IMG/VR virus record: IMGVR_UViG_3300037755_000365
Location: 1 to 57,692 of that record
Source of the DNA: a virus
Reading direction: 5' to 3' (one strand)
Length of the DNA: 57,692 bases
Part shown: in pieces, positions 32,850-40,959 of the stretch
How positions within the stretch are numbered: position 1 is the stretch's first letter
How the letters are laid out: the number at the start of each line of letters is the position of its first letter
Notes under the pieces: model-generated
The model's input: only the letters and a program-made list of their open reading frames with translations
Told to the model about the DNA's origin: nothing
Database searches by the model: none
Translations under genes and position numbers: made by a program

Positions 32850-33301
32850 AGGTAGGCTCCTCCGGTGATAACGCCGATGATGACGCTAGCCCCGACATTG
32901 TATTTGATCATCATTCTGGCAACGGCGCGGTGATCTCTGGAACTAGGTACCTTTGCTCTGATTTCTCGCACTGCCGAAGCGTTCAGCTTCCCTGTAGACC
33001 GTAATGATGTGGCCATATCGTTGGAGTTTTCCCAGTGTGTGCCCTCGACCAAATGGTCTGGGTTAATGCAAGGACGGTTGTGGCAAAGATGCCTGATAAC
33101 AGGTTTTGACGGGATGCCATTGGCGATAAAATATGCGAGTCGATGGGCAAGGTAAGTGCGCCTTTGGTAGGAGATGATCGAGTAGCCGCTACTGGTTGCT
33201 TTGTTGGTCAACCGCCAGCAACCGTTTGGCAGCTTTTCTGTGAGAGCATTGAATTTCGAGACGAAGCAAGGATCTGAAGCTGGTAGCGCGTAGTTCTTCA
33301 T
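32840..33301 (-). CDS. HNH_3-type homing endonuclease with C-terminal HTH
   Basis: YLAHRLAYFIANG..IRHLCHNRPCINPDHLVEGTHWENSNDM. Confidence 0.75.
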   Translation of the reverse strand: MKNYALPASDPCFVSKFNALTEKLPNGCWRLTNKATSSGYSIISYQRRTYLAHRLAYFIANGIPSKPVIRHLCHNRPCINPDHLVEGTHWENSNDMATSLRSTGKLNASAVREIRAKVPSSRDHRAVARMMIKYNVGASVIIGVITGGAYLWV

Positions 33302-33393
33302 TGTGGTGAAGATTATACACCATCGGGCAGAAAGTTCGAGCGGTTATGCGCATAGGCAGTCAGCGAGGAAACGGGTAGCAGGATCAGCAGGTT

Positions 33394-33762
33394 ATGGCAG
33401 CTCGACTCAATCCGCGTCATCAAACGATGGTCCGGCAGAAGATCCAAGCCTCGGCGATCTTGAACAAGATGGAAGCGCACATCTTCGAGAAGTGCTCCTG
33501 TTACCACGAGGACGAAGAGAAGCAACGCCGCTGCTCGGTCTCCGACCCGAGCGGAGCCAAGATCAGCATGTACTTACTCAGTCAGTCGATCGGCAATCCT
33601 CCGCAAGAGATCAACGGAGAAGTCACGGTAACAGCTAACGTCGTGGTCCAAGCTCTCGTCGCCAGGCTAGGCCCAGAGCGAGCAAGGCAAGCACTCGAGA
33701 TCCAAGCTCCTGGCCTGGTAGCTCTACTGCAGGCTCCAATCGAGGCGGAGTACAGCGAATGA
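33394..33762 (+). CDS. hypothetical protein (weak small-terminase-like candidate)
   Basis: 122-aa ORF; helical N-terminus MVRQKIQASAILNKMEAHIF; assignment speculative. Confidence 0.5.
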   Translation: MAARLNPRHQTMVRQKIQASAILNKMEAHIFEKCSCYHEDEEKQRRCSVSDPSGAKISMYLLSQSIGNPPQEINGEVTVTANVVVQALVARLGPERARQALEIQAPGLVALLQAPIEAEYSE

Positions 33763-34019
33763 ACGAGCTCGATACACTCTTACGCCAGCAAGTAGCAGCG
33801 ATACAGCGTCTCCGAGCGGCCGAGGAACACGAGAAGCTCGCCATCGAGCAACTGAGGGATGCTGAGCATCAAGCGAATATTGCCAACGAGGCCGTGCAAG
33901 CATTCCTTGCGGCGAGAACTGAAGCCATAGCGGAGAACTTATGCTCCGACCCGTTCGCTCAAGACATGGATTCGGCGCGAGGCCAAGCCAGGTTTCATGC
34001 TGGCATCTGGGAAAGCTAG
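33759..34019 (+). CDS. coiled-coil hypothetical protein
   Basis: 86 aa, ATGA coupling. Confidence 0.5.
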   Translation: MNELDTLLRQQVAAIQRLRAAEEHEKLAIEQLRDAEHQANIANEAVQAFLAARTEAIAENLCSDPFAQDMDSARGQARFHAGIWES

Positions 34020-34085
34020 GTCGGGTGCATGCAATCCTTTATCGTTGCCTGTCGCGCGGTCCAACTAGAGATTAGGTTGCCGAGC

Positions 34086-34105
34086 ATGATGCAAGTTTGC
34101 ATCAT
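34086..34105. repeat. perfect 20-bp palindrome in ORF-free region
   Basis: ATGATGCAAGTTTGCATCAT (9-bp arms, 2-nt centre). Confidence 0.9.
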
Positions 34106-34480
34106 CAGGAACGTAACGCATTGATTATGCGAGCAATTTAGCGATGAGCCGCTCGAGTGTTCGGGGTTTGGCCCGGATCGGTGGATAGTGGGCTGGCTGA
34201 GGCACGGTAGAGCCCGAATCTGTGCATAACCTGAGCCGTGCAGCGGTGGATAAGGTACGCCCACACGGTAAGTTATTGATTCGAAAGCGATACAGGACAC
34301 CGCATCGCTTTACATAATGGTGATTATGCGCACGGCACACCGCAGCAATGGGAAACGCGAGCGAATCGGAGCAGAGCCAGGGGTGAGGCGGGGCGCGGTG
34401 CGGCAAGGCCGGGGGCACCCCTTGCGGTCATAGAGCCTTTGCCTTTGCCTCATATTTTCGCGGGCTCCAAATCGCCCAAG

Positions 34481-34509
34481 TTGATACGGTGGCAACATTC
34501 TGAGAGAAT
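34481..34509 (+). promoter_or_regulatory. candidate promoter for the HTH-HNH block
   Basis: TTGATA-17 nt-GAGAAT, 33 nt upstream of ATG 34542. Confidence 0.35.
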
Positions 34510-34541
34510 GAGCCGGGCAGGTATCGACACGCTGTCAACAA

Positions 34542-34763
34542 ATGGACAAAAAAGCCTTGCGCGAGGCATTGAAGAAGTTCGGGATTAGGCAGGCGGAGCT
34601 CGCGTCCCGGCTGGGCGTTGCGGAAGAGACTGTATCCAGGTGGGCAAACGGGCACCAAAAGGTGCCGGGGTACTGCGAGGCGTATCTGAGCGCGCTCGAT
34701 GAGCAGGGCCGTCTCCGTGGGGTTCTTTCTGACATCGCCGCTCTAGCAGAGCCGGAGCGATGA
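34542..34763 (+). CDS. XRE-type HTH protein
   Basis: LKKFGIRQAELASRLGVAEETVSRWANG. Confidence 0.65.
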   Translation: MDKKALREALKKFGIRQAELASRLGVAEETVSRWANGHQKVPGYCEAYLSALDEQGRLRGVLSDIAALAEPER

Positions 34764-35650
34764 GCGGATACGTTGTCATTTCTCGCCACGGAAGCCGCAA
34801 GAACGGCGAGGCGACGTGGCTATGTCGTTGCGGTTGCGGCACCGAGCGAATTATCCGGACTAGCCGGATGAGTCCTGGGAAGCGGTGCATTCGATGCACA
34901 CGCGAAGCCGCGGCGCGCTCGTCAATAGACTTAACCGGTAGGGTGTTCGGGTCGAAGACTGTCACAGCTAAAGCCGGAGAGGATCTTTGGCTTGCTGGGT
35001 GCACGTGTGGTTCGGAAGCGGTATATAGGACGTCCACTGTCCGTGCCGTAGGAACCGACCACTGCATGGACTGTAGGCCGATGGCTCGGCCGCGAAATGG
35101 TGGATACACGAAAGGCAAGGCGGGCGTTGACAGGACCGGGCAACGGTACGGGCACTTGATCGTGCTCAGGCAGGACGAGACTTTCAGAGATTGCGTCCGC
35201 TGGCTGTGCCGGTGTGACTGCGGGAATGTTGTTTCGAAGAGCACGAACGCCTTCTTGAAGAAGGGGCTGAGATTTTGCGGCGCGGCGTGTCCTTTCTGGG
35301 TGCGACCATCTGGCAAAGACCACCACCGCTATAGGCACGGGATGTCCGGTACGCGCGAGTATCAGTCTCGTTATCGCGGGAAGCGTGGCGGCAGAAGAGC
35401 CGGATCGCTACCTCGTGGCTACCTGACTGTCTTATGGGGCCGGCAAGGTGGTCGATGCGCCTGTTGTCGGACCAAGATCCCTCGCGCGTCTGAAAGAACC
35501 GGCCAAGTACACTTGGACCATATTGTTCCGATTGCTGCTGGTGGTGAGCACGAGCAGTACAACGTGCAGTTGCTTTGCTCGACATGCAATGTGAGGAAAT
35601 CGTTTAAAGATCCGCTCAAGTGGCGTCAGCAGCATGGATACCTGCTATGA
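34760..35650 (+). CDS. HNH endonuclease with three N-terminal zinc-ribbon repeats
   Basis: WLCRCGCG..CIRC, LAGCTCGS..CMDC, WLCRCDCGN..FCGAAC; C-terminal HLDHIVPIAAGGEHEQYNVQLLCSTCNVRK. Confidence 0.75.
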   Translation: MSGYVVISRHGSRKNGEATWLCRCGCGTERIIRTSRMSPGKRCIRCTREAAARSSIDLTGRVFGSKTVTAKAGEDLWLAGCTCGSEAVYRTSTVRAVGTDHCMDCRPMARPRNGGYTKGKAGVDRTGQRYGHLIVLRQDETFRDCVRWLCRCDCGNVVSKSTNAFLKKGLRFCGAACPFWVRPSGKDHHRYRHGMSGTREYQSRYRGKRGGRRAGSLPRGYLTVLWGRQGGRCACCRTKIPRASERTGQVHLDHIVPIAAGGEHEQYNVQLLCSTCNVRKSFKDPLKWRQQHGYLL

Positions 35651-35982
35651 GCCGCTGGCTGCTCGCCCTTCTGCTGATTTCCAGTTCTGTTTTCGCCCAG
35701 GACTTCGGATCGGCCGGCGAGGGATTTTCGCGCGGTTTCGAGGCTGGGTCGAACGCGCGTCGAAATAGAGCCCTGGCTGCTGAATCTCGTCAGCGGAGTG
35801 AATTGTTGGAGCTGGAACGGCGGCGGCAGTGCGAGGAGCTTGCGGAGGAGAGCTGGCGCCGGAAGCTCGAGGCTTTCCAAGCCATACGTGGCTTGCTCGA
35901 AGGGGCAAGATTGGAAGCTGAGAGCGACAAGCTGATCGAGGCGTATTTGGCGTATCGGGTCGAGCTCGAAGGGTGTGCGTGA
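35647..35982 (+). CDS. secreted coiled-coil protein carrying the GFSRGF motif
   Basis: Signal peptide MSRWLLALLLISSSVFA; mature N-terminus QDFGSAGEGFSRGFEAGS mirrors N-terminus of 53300..54670; 2 Cys. Confidence 0.55.
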   Translation: MSRWLLALLLISSSVFAQDFGSAGEGFSRGFEAGSNARRNRALAAESRQRSELLELERRRQCEELAEESWRRKLEAFQAIRGLLEGARLEAESDKLIEAYLAYRVELEGCA

Positions 35983-36182
35983 TGAAGGAATGGGGAGACG
36001 CCTTTAAGCGGGTTTTGGCTGATGCCGGATTGAGCGAGGAAGTTTTGGCCGGAAGGTTGGGCGTGAAGTTGTCCACAGTTCACAAGTGGACAATTACCGG
36101 AGCCCCTAACTACGTTTATGCGCATCTTGAGGATGTTCTGACTGGACGAACACCTACTGTGGCAAAAACGTCGAGGACGTGA
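35982..36182 (+). CDS. small HTH protein
   Basis: LSEEVLAGRLGVKLSTVHKWT. Confidence 0.5.
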   Translation: MKEWGDAFKRVLADAGLSEEVLAGRLGVKLSTVHKWTITGAPNYVYAHLEDVLTGRTPTVAKTSRT

Positions 36183-36442
36183 TGAAAGCATGGCTTCTCT
36201 TGCTCATGCTGCCGTTTTCGGTCCTTGCCGACGAGCCGAAAGATCCGATCCGGGTGCAATGCGAGCAGGGCCTGCACGATTCGCTGCAGGAGATGCTCGA
36301 ATCTGTTGCTGGGGCTGAGAAGGTGCTGGGCAAGTACGAGATCGAAGGGAGCTTGTTGGAGAGCGTGCTTGCGACGTACCGGGCGAACGTGGAGCTGTGT
36401 GTTGCCGGGGTTGAGTATTTCAAGGGGCTGGCGCAGGAATGA
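36182..36442 (+). CDS. secreted helical protein
   Basis: Signal peptide MKAWLLLLMLPFSVLA; 2 Cys. Confidence 0.55.
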   Translation: MKAWLLLLMLPFSVLADEPKDPIRVQCEQGLHDSLQEMLESVAGAEKVLGKYEIEGSLLESVLATYRANVELCVAGVEYFKGLAQE

Positions 36443-36675
36443 ATGAAGGTTCCCTTGGCGCACACCGCTGGATTCCATTTTCTGAGCAGTGGCCGGAAGA
36501 GGCTGGATTGTATCTTGTCGCCAATCGCATCAGGTGGACTGGAATTTGGATAAATCCGAAGTCTGCTGAATATCCAGATGGGCTGATCGTTGATCATAAC
36601 GAAGTGTTCTTCAACGAGGCGCCAACACATTGGGCAGAGGGGCCGGCTTTACCTGCCAGCAATGAGAGGGAATGA
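36439..36675 (+). CDS. DUF551-like phage protein
   Basis: HRWIPFSEQWPEEAGLYLV pattern. Confidence 0.5.
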   Translation: MNEGSLGAHRWIPFSEQWPEEAGLYLVANRIRWTGIWINPKSAEYPDGLIVDHNEVFFNEAPTHWAEGPALPASNERE

Positions 36676-36971
36676 GCATGCACACCTACCGTGGCAAGAA
36701 CATAGAGGAATTGCGGCGTGCGGAGTTGCGGCACGTAGCCGCTGAACTGGGTGTAAGCGCTGACGGATCAAAGATCGAGATTCTGGGCAGGATCGCAGCG
36801 GTTGCTGCTGTTGATGGTGTCGTCGAGCTCAGCAAGCCGGCACCAAAAGTCGTGAGGGAGCCCGTCAAGGTCGTGAAGGCACCGAAACTCGTGGTAAGGG
36901 CACCCGTCAAACGGGTCGTGGTGAAGAAAGCGGCGAAGAGGGTACCGGTGAGGGCGGCCAAAAAGCGCTAG
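36672..36971 (+). CDS. SAP/HeH domain protein with histone-H1-like K/V/A/P repeat tail
   Basis: NIEELRRAELRHVAAELGVSADGSKIEILGRI then PAPKVVREPVKVVKAPKLVVRAPVKRVVVKKAAKRVPVRAAKKR. Confidence 0.6.
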   Translation: MSMHTYRGKNIEELRRAELRHVAAELGVSADGSKIEILGRIAAVAAVDGVVELSKPAPKVVREPVKVVKAPKLVVRAPVKRVVVKKAAKRVPVRAAKKR

Positions 36972-37083
36972 AGCTGCTCACAGTCATGAGGCGGTCACTC
37001 TGCTAAAAGGTTTCGAGTTCCTCGGGATTGCCCAGAGGGACTATCCGCAAGACCTCGTAGACAAATTCCAAGGCAAGAAGCTG

Positions 37084-37602
37084 TTGGTTGTCGCGGGCGC
37101 GAAATGCGTCTGGAACGACCTCGCTTTGCTTGGGGTTAGGGGCGGCGAGAACGCCGGCTGGGACGTGATGTGCGTCAACGACATCGTGATGCACTACCCC
37201 GGCAAGGTGAAGCACCTGTATTCGAACGACCACCGGCTGATTCCGCACTGGCTAGGAGCTAGACGGAAGCAGTACGAGCGCGCGTATGGTCCAGTCCAGC
37301 ACGTTCACTCATGCAGGGTCGGCGGTCGGCATAACTGGCCATGGCCTGGGCACGGAACATCTGCTTTAGGCGCCGTGTACACGGGTCTTGCGATGGGCTA
37401 CACGATCGTGATTTGCGGCTGTCCGCTGGACGACAGTCCGAACTACTTTTCGCCCGATTGGGAGCTGCGGAACTTCACGAAAGAAGTTGGCGTGAAGTCT
37501 GACGGCACGATGCAATATTGGGAGGCGGCGAAGCAGAAATGTTTCAGGAATCGCGTGAAAGCGATGAGCGGTCGAACCCGCGCGTTGCTCGGGGCGCCAT
37601 AG
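37084..37602 (+). CDS. Rossmann-like DUF115/MAF (MptE-like) putative transferase (tentative)
   Basis: (FQGKK)LLVVAGAKCVWNDL..WDVMCVND..GTSALGAVYTGLAMGYTIVICGCPLD. Frame is open back to 36952 with no ATG/GTG/TTG; CTG at 37000 preceded by GAGG may be the real start. Confidence 0.55.
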   Translation: MVVAGAKCVWNDLALLGVRGGENAGWDVMCVNDIVMHYPGKVKHLYSNDHRLIPHWLGARRKQYERAYGPVQHVHSCRVGGRHNWPWPGHGTSALGAVYTGLAMGYTIVICGCPLDDSPNYFSPDWELRNFTKEVGVKSDGTMQYWEAAKQKCFRNRVKAMSGRTRALLGAP

Positions 37603-37772
37603 GCTGTCCGTCAGGCAAGCAGGGATACCCGACGACGAAGGCAGCCAGAACGGCGTTGAACCGCTGCATGCGGCGCAAAGGACGACGTAGGCACGAGAGT
37701 TCGTTCTATAGGTGCGAGTGCGGAGACTACCATCTCACGAGCGAGCTTCCGTCCGATACGCGATTCAGGTGA
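37539..37772 (+). CDS. small zinc-binding protein
   Basis: YRCECGDYHLTS motif; overlaps upstream gene by 64 nt. Confidence 0.4.
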   Translation: MFQESRESDERSNPRVARGAIGCPSGKQGYPTTKAARTALNRCMRRKGRRRHESSFYRCECGDYHLTSELPSDTRFR

Positions 37773-38368
37773 AGGTCACGGCCGTGATCCCGGTGGGTCC
37801 GGGTCACAAGCAGTATGCGGAGGATGCGGCAGGGTCCGTCTATCGCGCATGGGCGAATTCTAAAGGGCCGTTCGAAGAACTTAACGTCGTCATTATTGAC
37901 GACACGTTGGGGAAGAGAGGTCGTTCAGCTTCGAGGAATCACGGCATCAGCCGTAATCCTTCGGACTGGTACTTTTTGCTCGACGCAGACGACGAGATGC
38001 TCAGCGACGCTTTTCAAAACGTCGCCATTGAGTCTGCGGCGACGTTTGGTGCGGTGTGTCTCGACGGCGTGATTGCCAAAGAGAACATCTACCCATTGAC
38101 TCGAGAGATGCTGTTCGCTCACGGAGCGAAGGGCACCTTGAGCATGGGCTGCTTCGTGCGAGGTGATGTAGCAAGAGCAACGCCGTTCGATGAGACGTTG
38201 GAAACAGGAGAAGATTTCGATTTCTACATGAGGTTGCCGGATTTCGTGAAGATAGATCGACCGCTGGTGTCGATTGGCTACCGGAAGCCGAGTGCCGGAG
38301 GCCCTAAGGGCTACAAAGACATCAAGTGGAGAGAGATTTGCTGGAGCGTCATTGACCGCTATCGCTGA
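37769..38368 (+). CDS. GT2-family glycosyltransferase
   Basis: GTGA coupling; VTAVIPVGPG..VVIIDDTLGKRGRSASRN..LLDADDEM. Confidence 0.75.
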   Translation: MKVTAVIPVGPGHKQYAEDAAGSVYRAWANSKGPFEELNVVIIDDTLGKRGRSASRNHGISRNPSDWYFLLDADDEMLSDAFQNVAIESAATFGAVCLDGVIAKENIYPLTREMLFAHGAKGTLSMGCFVRGDVARATPFDETLETGEDFDFYMRLPDFVKIDRPLVSIGYRKPSAGGPKGYKDIKWREICWSVIDRYR

Positions 38369-38828
38369 GCACACGCTGCCGGCTCCACGATCTCTGATTC
38401 ATTGCCAAACAGTTCTCGATATCGGTGCCGGTATCCGGCCGATGCGGTGGTACGTGCCAGAAAGGCACATTTGCGCCGATCCACACGAGCCGTATGTAGA
38501 AGTCTTGAGGCAGTTTGGATACGAGGCGCATCACAAGAACGCGATCGAAGCATTGAGCCTTATTGAGGCCGAGGCGATCTATTTTCTCGACGTGATCGAG
38601 CACATGGACAGGGATCTTGGAACGCGGGTCATCGAGCTCGCGTTGTCAAAACCGCACAAGCAGATCGTGATTTACACACCGATCGGATTCGTCGAGCAGC
38701 GTGAAGATTGCTGGGGGCTCGGCGGGGAGTATTGGCAGACGCATCGGTCTGGATGGATGCCCGCGGATTTCCCAGGCTGGACGATAGAGACATTCAAGCG
38801 GGAAGGATTTTTCGCCATACATGAGTAA
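38352..38828 (+). CDS. class I SAM-dependent methyltransferase
   Basis: Motif I VLDIGAGIRP; YFLDVIEHM; TTG start at 38352 assumed (track ORF opens at 38274). Confidence 0.65.
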   Translation: MTAIAEHTLPAPRSLIHCQTVLDIGAGIRPMRWYVPERHICADPHEPYVEVLRQFGYEAHHKNAIEALSLIEAEAIYFLDVIEHMDRDLGTRVIELALSKPHKQIVIYTPIGFVEQREDCWGLGGEYWQTHRSGWMPADFPGWTIETFKREGFFAIHE

Positions 38829-39867
38829 GTACAGCCAGCTCAAGCCCGCGTTCCATTTGGACCGGATTGTGCAGCTTCGCCAAGGTAAGAATCCGGTTCC
38901 CGTTCACGTGCAACTGATTTTGAGCGACCTGTGCCAGCAGTCGTGCAGTTGGTGCGCATACCGCATGGACACTGGACTTTCTACTGAATTGTTTTGGACG
39001 GAGACGACGCACAACCCGAATCGAAAGATCGAGACATCGAAGGCGCGCGAGATTCTTGACGATTGCGCTTCGATGGGGGTCAAAGCGATTCAATTCACTG
39101 GAGGTGGAGAGCCTACTGTTCATCCAGAACATCGTGAATTATTCGCATACGCTCAGGACTTAGGGCTTGATACGAGCCTGGTCACGAACGGCGTTCGGTT
39201 GGATGTCGAGAGTGACAGCACCCTTCGGATGAAGTGGATTCGCGTCAGCATCGATGCGGGACGCGAGGAAACCTATTGCAAGATTCGCAACGTCAACGCG
39301 ACGCATTGGCGGAAGGCGTGGGCAAACGTCGAGCGATTGGCGAAGCGCTTCGAGGGTGCGCTCGGGGTCGGGTTTGTCGTAGCGCCGGAGAGCTTCAAAG
39401 AGATTGGCGAATGCGCTTCAAGGTGCAAATATGCCGGCGTTTCTAACATGCGAGTCGGGGCCGTGTTTTCAGAGCAAGGAATCGGCTTCTACGGAGGCTT
39501 GATTCCCGAGATCGTCGAGGCGATCAACGAGGCTAAGGCAAAATACGACGGCGACGGGTTCGAGATCATCGACCTGTTCGGGAGACGGCTCGGAGATTTG
39601 GAAAACGGTAGCCCGACCGATCCATTCTGCGGCTACCAGCACATGACGATGTACATCGGTGGAGATTTGAACGTCTACCGATGTTGCAACACGTCTTACA
39701 CGAAGGCTGGTTTGCTCGGGAGCCTCAAGGAGACGAGCCTCAAAGAGCTGTTCGGAACGCTCGACTACTCGTTCGATGCAAGGCAGTGTCGCTACTGCCA
39801 GTTTCTCGGACAAAACGAAGCGATTTCCGCGCTGATTAAAGAGCCAGAGCACGTAAATTTCGTATGA
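38821..39867 (+). CDS. radical SAM enzyme with C-terminal auxiliary Cys cluster
   Basis: C38-x3-C42-x2-C45 (CQQSCSWCAY), FTGGGEPTV, C-terminal FCGYQ..YRCCNTS..CRYCQF. Confidence 0.85.
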   Translation: MSKYSQLKPAFHLDRIVQLRQGKNPVPVHVQLILSDLCQQSCSWCAYRMDTGLSTELFWTETTHNPNRKIETSKAREILDDCASMGVKAIQFTGGGEPTVHPEHRELFAYAQDLGLDTSLVTNGVRLDVESDSTLRMKWIRVSIDAGREETYCKIRNVNATHWRKAWANVERLAKRFEGALGVGFVVAPESFKEIGECASRCKYAGVSNMRVGAVFSEQGIGFYGGLIPEIVEAINEAKAKYDGDGFEIIDLFGRRLGDLENGSPTDPFCGYQHMTMYIGGDLNVYRCCNTSYTKAGLLGSLKETSLKELFGTLDYSFDARQCRYCQFLGQNEAISALIKEPEHVNFV

Positions 39868-40391
39868 CCACGGCGCAATTCGCATCGATGTCCGACGTGG
39901 ATGCGGACAACTTCATGCCTATTTCCGAGGTTCAGCCGGTCAGAACCTTGCTCGCGAGAATGGTCGGGCATGGAACGGTGGTCGATATCGGTTGCGGCAA
40001 GGGCGACGAAGTGTCTGACCTATTCGACCCTGAAAAGTATCTCGGAATCGATTGCTCGGAGGCGTTGATACGAATAGCAAGGCACCGAAACCCTGGATTC
40101 AGATTCGAAACGATCCAGGGCCTGGATCTGAACGGTCACTGGGACTACGGGATCATCAAGGCTGTCCTGGAGCACGTGCCGCCTGACGAGGCAGTCGCGA
40201 TTTACGAGAACGCGAGGCGCGTATGCGACGTGCTGCTGGTTGCCTGGCACACGGAACCTGGGAGAGAAAATCTCGCCTGGTACGACGGGGAGATAGGGAG
40301 GATGCAGCAGAACCGTCACGACCGATCAAAGTTTTCAGGGATAGAGCATCGTGAAGTGTGCGGGAAGCATGTGGTCTGGACGGTTATTTGA
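39864..40391 (+). CDS. class I SAM-dependent methyltransferase
   Basis: VVDIGCGKGDEV..LGIDCSEALI..IKAVLEHVPPDEA; ATGA coupling. Confidence 0.75.
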   Translation: MTTAQFASMSDVDADNFMPISEVQPVRTLLARMVGHGTVVDIGCGKGDEVSDLFDPEKYLGIDCSEALIRIARHRNPGFRFETIQGLDLNGHWDYGIIKAVLEHVPPDEAVAIYENARRVCDVLLVAWHTEPGRENLAWYDGEIGRMQQNRHDRSKFSGIEHREVCGKHVVWTVI

Positions 40392-40959
40392 GGATTTCTT
40401 CCCTGTCTCGGATTCGATTGCACTCGTCACTACGGGTAAGAAGCTAGACGCGCTTGATCGAATAGAGACGGTCGGCTACTCCGTTCGCGGCAGTAAGGTC
40501 GAGATCGGGGAACGTCTTGCTGTTCTAACGCATGGGACCGGTTTGAGGCTTGGTGGTTTGTTTAACGGTCGGCTCGTGTACTCGGAGATAGGGAAAGGAA
40601 TTGTTGGCGAACCCAACAACGCGCCGGCTAGTGCGCATCAACCGTTCGTAAAGGACGGCTCTGTTTATTACACGGACGGTTGGCCGCAAGTTCGCATCTA
40701 CAGAAACGGCGAAGTGTTCTTGGATCACTTCAACGACATGGAGCAAGTCGGTAATCCGTGTTGGGTTGGCGATTCGATGTATTTCGAGGCGCGTGCCGAC
40801 GACGACCCGAGAAGACCCGATCTTTGGGAGATTTGGCGCTATGACGGGAATCTCGATTTCGTGTGCATGGGAGCAAACCCGTCCTATTGGAACGGTAGGC
40901 TTTTTGTAGGCGAATGGAATGGGCGAAATTTCGACTACCGATGCGCAACGATTGATTGA
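40369..40959 (+). CDS. beta-propeller-like hypothetical protein
   Basis: Repetitive beta-rich sequence (YFEARADDDPRRPDLWEIWRYDG); start ATG 40369 or GTG 40351. Confidence 0.5.
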   Translation: MWSGRLFEDFFPVSDSIALVTTGKKLDALDRIETVGYSVRGSKVEIGERLAVLTHGTGLRLGGLFNGRLVYSEIGKGIVGEPNNAPASAHQPFVKDGSVYYTDGWPQVRIYRNGEVFLDHFNDMEQVGNPCWVGDSMYFEARADDDPRRPDLWEIWRYDGNLDFVCMGANPSYWNGRLFVGEWNGRNFDYRCATID

